In this document: one piece after another, positions 1 to 6,503 of the stretch
How the letters are laid out: every line of letters begins with the position of its first letter
Position numbering within the stretch: position 1 is the first letter of the stretch
Origin: an uncultured Acidimicrobiales bacterium
Lineage (GTDB): Bacteria > Actinomycetota > Acidimicrobiia > Acidimicrobiales > VFJN01
Length of the DNA: 64,000 nucleotides
Direction of reading: 5' to 3'
Assembly: GCA_963830865.1 (NCBI GenBank)
Contig: CAWHNU010000005.1
Span: 214,715-278,714, forward strand
The notes under the pieces: generated by a model
What the model was told of the DNA's origin: nothing
Databases searched by the model: none
The model's input: the letters and a program-made list of their open reading frames with translations, nothing else
Program-made: the position numbers and the translations under genes

Positions 1-229
1 ACACGTCGCCGTGGACCAGCAGGTTGTAGATCCGGACGGTCCGCCGGCCCTCGAACGAGTTGTCGGCCGGGACGACCCCGAGGTCGGTCTCCAGCCGGTC
101 GAGGGTCGCCAGCAGCTCCTCGACGAGGTCGGGCTCGATGGCGTCCTCGACGACCGTGTAGCCGTCCTCCTCGATCCGGGCCGCGTGCCCGGCGAGCTCG
201 TCCGCGGTCAGGGGGCGCATCGTCCGCAT
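1..229 (-). CDS. phytanoyl-CoA dioxygenase (PhyH)-family protein, N-terminal fragment running off the window
   Basis: Own minus-strand translation from ATG at 229: MRTMRPLTADELAGHAARIEEDGYTVVEDAIEPDLVEELLATLDRLE...EGRRTVRIYNLLVHGDV. This resembles PhyH-type 2OG/Fe(II) dioxygenase N-termini. It is absent from the ORF track because it is truncated. Confidence 0.45.
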   Translation of the reverse strand, partial: MRTMRPLTADELAGHAARIEEDGYTVVEDAIEPDLVEELLATLDRLETDLGVVPADNSFEGRRTVRIYNLLVHGDV

Positions 230-253
230 GGCGGGACCGTAGCGGGACCGCCG

Positions 254-1024
254 TCAACCGTGCGTCTCGTCGGGCAGCCGGACCACCACGTCGCCTGCGC
301 CGTCCGGCCCGAACGCCAGGCGCAGGATGTGGTCCGCCACCCAGGCCGGGCTGTTGAACGCGCCCGCACGGGCCCGGTCACGGAACCGCTCGACGGCCGG
401 GAACCGCTCAACGGGCGTCGCCCGGATGGCCGCCTGCATCGCCGTGTCGACCAGCCCGGGGGCGACGGCCAGGACCCGCAGCCCGGCGTCGGCCTCCTCG
501 ACCGCCACGACCCGGGTGAGCTGGTCGACGGCCGCCTTGGACGCGCAGTACGCGGCCCAGCCGGCGTACGGCGTGGTGGCGGCGCCACTCGTGACGTTGA
601 CGAGAGCGCCCCCGCCCGGCCGGCCCCGGACGTGCCGGGCGTAGGCCGCGCTGCCGTAGGCGACGCCGAGGACGTTCACCTCGACGTTGTGCCGGACGGC
701 GGCCACATCCACGTCGCGCAGCGGGGCGATCGGGTCGAGGACGCCGGCGTTGTTCACCCACAGGTCGATGGCCCCGAACCGGGCGGCGACCTGGTCGCAG
801 AAGCGGTCGAGGGCCACGGCGTCGGTGACGTCGAGCGCCGCGGTCAACACGGCGTCGGGGCCTGCGCCCTCTGGCGTAGGCGGCTCCCCGCGGGCGGCGA
901 GGCCGAGCCGGAGCCCGGCGGCGGCGAACCGGGCGGCGAGCCCGGCCCCGAGCCCGCGGCTGGCGCCGGTGATCACCGCCACCCGGCCGGCGAGGTCGGT
1001 CCCCGGATCTACGGTCACGTCCAT
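254..1024 (-). CDS. SDR-family short-chain dehydrogenase/reductase
   Basis: Track ORF of 256 aa. Motifs: Rossmann VITGASRGLG, NNAGV, catalytic YCASKAAV (Y-x3-K). Confidence 0.9.
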   Translation of the reverse strand: MDVTVDPGTDLAGRVAVITGASRGLGAGLAARFAAAGLRLGLAARGEPPTPEGAGPDAVLTAALDVTDAVALDRFCDQVAARFGAIDLWVNNAGVLDPIAPLRDVDVAAVRHNVEVNVLGVAYGSAAYARHVRGRPGGGALVNVTSGAATTPYAGWAAYCASKAAVDQLTRVVAVEEADAGLRVLAVAPGLVDTAMQAAIRATPVERFPAVERFRDRARAGAFNSPAWVADHILRLAFGPDGAGDVVVRLPDETHG

Positions 1025-1325
1025 GAGCGGATTCGAGCAGGCCGTCGTGCGCGTCCTCCAATCGCTCGGGCCGGGCGAGGTCGTGACCTACGGCGAGGTG
1101 GCGGCCGAGGCCGGGTTCCCCGGAGCCGCCCGGGCGGTCGGCCGCCTGCTCGCCACCAGCGGCGAGGACCTGCCCTGGTGGCGGGTCGTGACCACCACCG
1201 GCCGGCTCGTCCCGGGCCACGAGGCCGAGCACGCGGCCCGCCTGCGGGAGGAGGGCGTGGCGGTGGTCGACGGGTCGGTGGCGGCGCTACGGGGCCGGGA
1301 CCTGGGCCGGGAACGGATGCCGTAA
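1023..1325 (+). CDS. MGMT-family DNA-binding protein lacking the acceptor cysteine (alkyltransferase-like, ATL-type)
   Basis: In-frame ATG inside track ORF 687..1325, giving 100 aa. Carries TYGEVAAEAGFPGAARAVGRLL and LPWWRVV where methyltransferases have PCHRV. Confidence 0.75.
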   Translation: MSGFEQAVVRVLQSLGPGEVVTYGEVAAEAGFPGAARAVGRLLATSGEDLPWWRVVTTTGRLVPGHEAEHAARLREEGVAVVDGSVAALRGRDLGRERMP

Positions 1326-1347
1326 CCGGGGTGGCAGACTGCCAGCG

Positions 1348-2943
1348 GTGCCCCTCGCCCCGACCGACCTTGCGCACGGCAGCTTCAGCGACACGCCCCC
1401 GTGGACGCTCGACGACCCCGACCACCTGCCCTGGCGGGCCGACCTCGAGGCCGTGCGGGCCAGGGTCGCCGCCGAGGTGCCGGTCCTGACCAGGCCCGAC
1501 CGGTGGCCTCCGGGCGCCCGGCTGGTCACCGTGAGCCGCCGCCTGGGGACGGCGGTGGGCCTGTGGGCCCTGCGGGAGAAGCGCCAGGGCGACTCGGCCA
1601 GCCGCGCCGGCATCTCCCGGCGGCTGCGGCTCGCGGCCGAGGCGCTCGGCCCGACCTACATCAAGCTCGGCCAGATCATCAGCTCCGGCGAGGGCGTCTT
1701 CCCGCCGGAGCTGGTCGGCGAGTTCAAGCGCTGCCGCGACCAGGTGCCGGCCGAGCCGTTCCGGCTCGTGCGCGAGGTGATCGAGGCCGACCTCGGGCGC
1801 CCGCTGGAGGCGGTGTTCCGGTGGGTCGACCGCACCCCGCTGGCGGCGGCGTCGATCGCCCAGGTCCACGCGGCCACCCTGCGCACCGGCGAGCCCGTGG
1901 TGGTCAAGGTCCAGCGCCCAACGGTCGCCCGCCTGGTCCGCGACGACCTCCGGGTCATGGCCTGGCTGGCGCCCAAGCTGGTCGGGCGCATCCCGATCGC
2001 CGCCCTGGCCAACCCGCCGGCGCTGGTCGAGCTGTTCGCCCAGACGATCGCCGAGGAGCTCGACTTCCGGCTCGAGGCCGAGAACATGCTCGACATCGCC
2101 CGCACGTTCGCCGAGCTGGGCCAGCGCAACTACGTGATCCCCCGGCCCCATCCCCGCCTGGTCACCCCCCGGGTGCTGGTCATGGAGCGGCTCGACGGCT
2201 TCCGCTTCGACGACGTCGCCGGCATGCGAGGCGCCGGCGTCGACACCCGGGCGGTGGTGCGCACCGGGATGATCGGGCTGATGGAGGGCGCCATCCTCCA
2301 CGGCATCTTCCACGGCGACCTGCACGGCGGGAACCTGTTCGTGATGGCCGACGGCCGCACCGCGCTGCTCGACTTCGGCATCACCGGCCGCCTCGACGAG
2401 ACCAAGCGCCTCGCCTTCCTACGGCTGCTCATGGGCGGATCGGTCAACGACGTGCGCGGTCAGCTCGCCGCCCTGCGCGACCTCGGCGCGCTGCCGCCCG
2501 ATGCGGACATCGAGGACGTCGCCCGCCAGCTCAAGATGGACGAGCCGGTCGTCGACCCGACCACGATGACGGGCGAGGAGCTGGTCGGCGAGCTGCAGAC
2601 GATGGTCAAGACCCTGCTCGGCCTGGGCTTCCGCATGCCCAAGGAGCTGATGCTGTTCGTCAAGAACATGGTCTTCCTCGACGGCGCCATCGCCAGCCTC
2701 GCCCCGGACCTCGACCTGTTCGCCGAGATCGCCGCGGTGTCCATGTACTTCGCCACCCGCCACGGCGACCGCATCGCCGCGGACGTCGGCATCGACCCCC
2801 GGACCATCGAGCTGGACATGACCGGCGTCAAGGCCAGCTTCGGCATCGACGCGGAGACCGAGGGGCTGACCCACCGCCAGCTCCAGGAGCGGCGGGCCAC
2901 CATCCGCCGCAACCTCGCCGAACGGCGCCGAGGCCGCCGCTAG
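1348..2943 (+). CDS. ABC1/UbiB-family atypical protein kinase
   Basis: Track ORF of 531 aa with a GTG start. Carries LGPTYIKLGQIISSGEGVFPPELVGEFKRCRDQVP and HGDLHGGNLF. Confidence 0.9.
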   Translation: MPLAPTDLAHGSFSDTPPWTLDDPDHLPWRADLEAVRARVAAEVPVLTRPDRWPPGARLVTVSRRLGTAVGLWALREKRQGDSASRAGISRRLRLAAEALGPTYIKLGQIISSGEGVFPPELVGEFKRCRDQVPAEPFRLVREVIEADLGRPLEAVFRWVDRTPLAAASIAQVHAATLRTGEPVVVKVQRPTVARLVRDDLRVMAWLAPKLVGRIPIAALANPPALVELFAQTIAEELDFRLEAENMLDIARTFAELGQRNYVIPRPHPRLVTPRVLVMERLDGFRFDDVAGMRGAGVDTRAVVRTGMIGLMEGAILHGIFHGDLHGGNLFVMADGRTALLDFGITGRLDETKRLAFLRLLMGGSVNDVRGQLAALRDLGALPPDADIEDVARQLKMDEPVVDPTTMTGEELVGELQTMVKTLLGLGFRMPKELMLFVKNMVFLDGAIASLAPDLDLFAEIAAVSMYFATRHGDRIAADVGIDPRTIELDMTGVKASFGIDAETEGLTHRQLQERRATIRRNLAERRRGRR

Positions 2944-2954
2944 CGCTGTGACCA

Positions 2955-2977
2955 CGTTTTGTCGCCGGGACAAAACG
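2955..2977. promoter_or_regulatory. AT-rich perfect inverted repeat CGTTTTGTC-gccgg-GACAAAACG between the ubiB-like stop and the nucS start
   Basis: Read directly: 9-bp arms and a 5-nt spacer, 12 nt after the TAG at 2941-2943 and 36 nt before the nucS ATG. The base composition is atypical for this genome. Confidence 0.4.
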
Positions 2978-3012
2978 CGTCCCGCAGGGGGCCGCCGCTA
3001 GCGTCGGCCTGG

Positions 3013-3687
3013 ATGCGCCTGGTCGTCGCCAACTGCACCGTCGACTACGCGGGGCGGCTCGTGGCGCACCTGCCCCTCGCGCCCCGGCTGATCATGGTCA
3101 AGGCCGACGGGTGCGTGGCGGTGCACGCGGACGGCGGCGCCTACAAGCCGCTCAACTGGATGAACGCGCCCAACACGGTGTCCGAGTCGGTCGACGACGA
3201 GGGCCGGGCGGTCTGGACGGTCCGGGCGACCAAGGGCGAGACACTGACGATCACGCTGCACGAAGTCCTGTCGGACGCCAGCCACGACCTCGGCGTCGAT
3301 CCCGGGCTGTGGAAGGACGGGGTCGAGGCCCACCTCCAGGAGCTGCTCGCCGCCAACTGCGAGGCGATCGCCCCCGGTCTGCGCCTGGTCCGCCGGGAGT
3401 ACCCGACCGACATCGGGCCCGTCGACCTCCTGTGCCGGGACGCGGAGGGCCGAGCCGTCGCCATCGAGATCAAGCGCCGGGGCGAGATCGACGGTGTCGA
3501 GCAGCTCGCCCGTTACCTGGAGTTCCTGGAGCGCGACCCCCGGCTGCGGCCGGTCCGGGGCGTGTTCGTCGCCCAGCAGATCAAGCCGCAGGCCCGGGTG
3601 CTGGCGGGCCAACGCGCCATCGACTGCGTCGAGGTCGACTACGACGCGCTGCGTGGCCTCGCCCCCGACGACCTGCGGCTGTTCTGA
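3013..3687 (+). CDS. nucS: endonuclease NucS (EndoMS, mismatch-specific)
   Basis: ATG 54 nt inside track ORF 2959..3687. Carries [28 protein letters not shown], and a C-terminal nuclease core VDLLCRD...[16 protein letters not shown]. Confidence 0.9.
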   Translation: MRLVVANCTVDYAGRLVAHLPLAPRLIMVKADGCVAVHADGGAYKPLNWMNAPNTVSESVDDEGRAVWTVRATKGETLTITLHEVLSDASHDLGVDPGLWKDGVEAHLQELLAANCEAIAPGLRLVRREYPTDIGPVDLLCRDAEGRAVAIEIKRRGEIDGVEQLARYLEFLERDPRLRPVRGVFVAQQIKPQARVLAGQRAIDCVEVDYDALRGLAPDDLRLF

Positions 3688-3702
3688 TCCGCTCCGAGCG
3701 GA

Positions 3703-4560
3703 TCAGCCCGACCCGAAGGTGACCCGGCCGCCGTCGAGCACGACCCGGCCGTCGGGCCCGAGCGTCTGGAAGACGGCCTCGCCGTCGCCCTCGACCCAGA
3801 CCCGCACCGTGAGGCTCTCGCCGGGGAACACCGGGCTGGAGAACCGGCCGCTCATCGACCGGAACCCGGCGGGGTCGCCGCCGCACACCGTGTGGAGCAG
3901 CGCACGCCCGGTGAACCCGTAGGTGCACAGCCCGTGGAGGATCGGCCTCGGGAACCCGGCCATGGCGGCGAACTTGGGGTCGGAGTGCAGCGGGTTGCGG
4001 TCGCCGGAGAGCCTGTAGAGCAGCGCCTGGTCGGTCCGGGTGGGGTAGGTGACCTCGTGGTCGGGCTCCCGGTCGGGCGCCTCGAAGCGCGACGACGGGC
4101 CCCGGTCGCCGCCCCAGCCGCCCTCGCCCCGGATGAACGCGCCCATGCTCGTCGTGAACAGCGGCTCGCCGTCGGCCGCGAGCGTGGCGGTCGTCTCGGC
4201 GTTGACGAGGGCGCCCGAGCCCTTGTCGTAGATGCCGACGATCTCGGTGACCGTCTCGATCTCGCCCTCGACCGGCAGCTCGCGGGCCAGCGTCACCGAC
4301 TGCTCGCCGTGGACGAGCATGGCGGGGTTGAACGAGCCGATCGAGCCGAAGGCCCCGCCTCCCATCCCGAGGACCACGGCCTGGGTGGGCAGCGCCCGCT
4401 GGCGGACGTCCTGGCTGTTCTCGGTGGTGAAGCTCAGCTCGTCGGCCGGGTCCTGGGCCCCGGCGCCGACGCCGAGCGCGTAGATCATGCTGTCCCGTGA
4501 GCTCCACCTCAGGCGGGCCGGCTCGGACCGGGCGCCGACGGCGTCGGGGTTGATGGGCAT
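3703..4560 (-). CDS. double-hotdog MaoC-type (R)-3-hydroxyacyl thioester dehydratase (HtdY-like)
   Basis: Track ORF of 285 aa. Has the hydratase-2 motif YRLSGDRNPLHSDP and resembles mycobacterial HtdY end to end, as I recall that sequence. Confidence 0.85.
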   Translation of the reverse strand: MPINPDAVGARSEPARLRWSSRDSMIYALGVGAGAQDPADELSFTTENSQDVRQRALPTQAVVLGMGGGAFGSIGSFNPAMLVHGEQSVTLARELPVEGEIETVTEIVGIYDKGSGALVNAETTATLAADGEPLFTTSMGAFIRGEGGWGGDRGPSSRFEAPDREPDHEVTYPTRTDQALLYRLSGDRNPLHSDPKFAAMAGFPRPILHGLCTYGFTGRALLHTVCGGDPAGFRSMSGRFSSPVFPGESLTVRVWVEGDGEAVFQTLGPDGRVVLDGGRVTFGSG

Positions 4561-4605
4561 GGTCCCTCCCTGGGGTCGTCTCGGAATCTAGTGGGCCCTC
4601 GCCCA

Positions 4606-5193
4606 CTAGAGGTCGGCCGCGCCCAGCGCCGCGAGCGAGTCGGCGGCGGGCGGCTTGGGCACCCCGACGCCCGCGGGCACGACGGCGACGGCGTAGCCCT
4701 CGCCGTCAGCGCTGAAGCGCAGATCTGCCCCGTTCTTGGCCACGATCTCGGGCTCGAAGCCGCCGGCGACGTCCGCCCACCGGACCACCGAGACCTCGGT
4801 CGGCTGGCCGTGGCACATGTCCCCGGCGCCGTAGCGCACCTCGCCGATCAGGACCTCGTTGGCGGTGACCTGGATGTGCGCCCCCCGGAGGAAGATGCCG
4901 AGGCGGGCGTTGTCCCCGGCGGCACCCTCGACGAACGGGTGGATGTGGATCACGCCGTCGCCGTGGGTGTGGATCCCCTCGGGGTTGTCGAACGCGGGGA
5001 CCGCCGGCAGGTAGGCGCCGCAGACGAAGACGCCGAACGCCGCGTGCCAGTGGTCCTCCAGGGCGCGGGGCCTGGCCCCCTCGGCGCTGTCGGCCAGCGA
5101 GCTCGCCGACTCACCGGCGCATGCCGGGAGCGCGGCGAGCGCGACCACGGCGATGGCTCGCCCCGCCCGCGTCAGCCCGCCTCGCCCGGTCAC
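4606..5193 (-). CDS. lipoprotein of unknown function (His-rich, possibly metal-binding)
   Basis: Track ORF of 195 aa. Signal peptide with lipobox LPAC. Carries HWHAAFGVFVCG and HTHGDGVIHIHP motifs. Confidence 0.65.
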   Translation of the reverse strand: MTGRGGLTRAGRAIAVVALAALPACAGESASSLADSAEGARPRALEDHWHAAFGVFVCGAYLPAVPAFDNPEGIHTHGDGVIHIHPFVEGAAGDNARLGIFLRGAHIQVTANEVLIGEVRYGAGDMCHGQPTEVSVVRWADVAGGFEPEIVAKNGADLRFSADGEGYAVAVVPAGVGVPKPPAADSLAALGAADL

Positions 5194-5199
5194 GGCCCC

Positions 5200-6102
5200 T
5201 CAGCGCTCGTCGTATCCGCCCATGTTGGCGTTGGGCCGGGCCTGGGCGACCAGGTCGAGGACGGCGTGGCCGAGGACCTCGGGGTCGTCGTCGGGGCCCT
5301 CGATCGACGGGCCCCGGTGCCAGCCCTCGGACACCGACAGCATGCGCCCGGTGACGTCGAACACCCGGCCCGTGACGCCGGCGGACAGCGGGCTCGACAG
5401 CCAGCAGACGATCGGGGCGATGTGCTTGGGGGACATCTGCTCCTTGGTCTCCTCGGGGAGCTGGCCCATGCCGAGATCCTCGGTCATGCGCGTGAGCGCG
5501 GCCGGGGCGATGGCGTTGACGGTCACGCCGTAGCGGGCCAGCTCCTTGGCGGCGATGATCGTGAAGCTGGCGATGCCGGCCTTGGCGGCGCCGTAGTTGG
5601 TCTGGCCGACGTTGCCGTAGATGCCCGACGGCGACGTGGTGTTGATGAGGCGGCCGTCGACCTCGTCGCCCGCCTTGGACCGCTCGCGCCAGTGGTTGGC
5701 GGCGAAGTGCGAGGGGGCGAAGGTGCCCTTGAGGTGGACCTTGATGACGGCGTCCCACTCGGCCTCGGCCATGTTGACCAGCATGCGGTCGCGGAGGATG
5801 CCGGCGTTGTTGATCAGCACGTCGAGCTTCCCGAACACGTCGACCGCGGTGGTGACGAGCTTCTCGGCGCCCGACCAGTCGCTGATGTCGTCGGTGTTGG
5901 CGACGGCCTGCCCGCCGGCAGCGACGATCTCGTCGACCACCTCCTGCGCGGGCCCCGCGTCGCCGCCGGAGCCGTCGCGCGAGCCGCCGAGATCGTTCAC
6001 CACCACGCTGGCCCCCTGCGCGGAGAGCAACAGTGCGTGCTCGCGACCGATGCCCCGGCCGGCCCCGGTCACGATCGCCACCCGACCGTCACAGATGCCC
6101 AT
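5200..6102 (-). CDS. SDR, MFE-2 / 17-beta-HSD4-like 3-hydroxyacyl-CoA dehydrogenase type
   Basis: Start trimmed to MGICDGRVAIVTGAGRGIG (ATG at 6102) inside track ORF 5200..6186. Carries VVVNDLGG, NNAGILRD, YGAAKAG. Confidence 0.85.
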   Translation of the reverse strand: MGICDGRVAIVTGAGRGIGREHALLLSAQGASVVVNDLGGSRDGSGGDAGPAQEVVDEIVAAGGQAVANTDDISDWSGAEKLVTTAVDVFGKLDVLINNAGILRDRMLVNMAEAEWDAVIKVHLKGTFAPSHFAANHWRERSKAGDEVDGRLINTTSPSGIYGNVGQTNYGAAKAGIASFTIIAAKELARYGVTVNAIAPAALTRMTEDLGMGQLPEETKEQMSPKHIAPIVCWLSSPLSAGVTGRVFDVTGRMLSVSEGWHRGPSIEGPDDDPEVLGHAVLDLVAQARPNANMGGYDER

Positions 6103-6194
6103 CGCAGATGTCCCCTCTCCCGTCCGGCGTGCCGGAACCCGATCGTCACGTCGATGCTGCCCGCCGGGAACGTAGCAGCGCGACACTGGACACC

Positions 6195-6350
6195 GTGAGC
6201 GACGTGCATCACTGCCCGTACTGCGAACTCCGGTTCGTCAGTCGCAACGAGGTCGAGGACCATATCGCCGTCGATCATCCCGTCGACCATCCGCCGGCGG
6301 TCGAGGACGACACGGCAACCGACCGCGTGTTGCGGACCCCGCCCCGGTGA
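6195..6350 (+). CDS. 51-aa protein with a single canonical C2H2 zinc finger
   Basis: GTG at 6195 in frame with track ORF 6033..6350: VSDVHHCPYCELRFVSRNEVEDHIAVDHP..., which is C-x2-C-x3-F-x5-V-x2-H-x4-H. GC3 is mostly high. The gene is divergent from the SDR at 6102. Confidence 0.5.
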   Translation: MSDVHHCPYCELRFVSRNEVEDHIAVDHPVDHPPAVEDDTATDRVLRTPPR

Positions 6351-6448
6351 GCCTCCCTCGGCGGGGCCAACCCGCAGCTCACTCGGCGTGGTTCGATCCG
6401 CTCGCCCCGGCCGTGGCAGGGTAGAGCATCGTGGACGGGAACGAAGGC

Positions 6449-6472
6449 TCGTCCGCGTCCGAAGACGCGGAC
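6449..6472 (+). other. perfect 10-bp GC-rich stem-loop (CGTCCGCGTC-cgaa-GACGCGGACG) in the leader of the VanW gene
   Basis: Read directly. It lies 32 nt upstream of the ATG at 6504 and has no U-tract, so its function is unknown. Confidence 0.35.
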
Positions 6473-6503
6473 GCTGGGGCGCCCACAGATCGCCCAGGAG
6501 ACA

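Noticed and set aside
2955-3012. The nucS upstream TTGTCG as another RecA-NDp promoter.
   Set aside because: No TAnnnT hexamer lies 8 nt downstream of it. The candidate -10 (TAGCGT at 2999-3004) is wrongly spaced relative to the TGTC.
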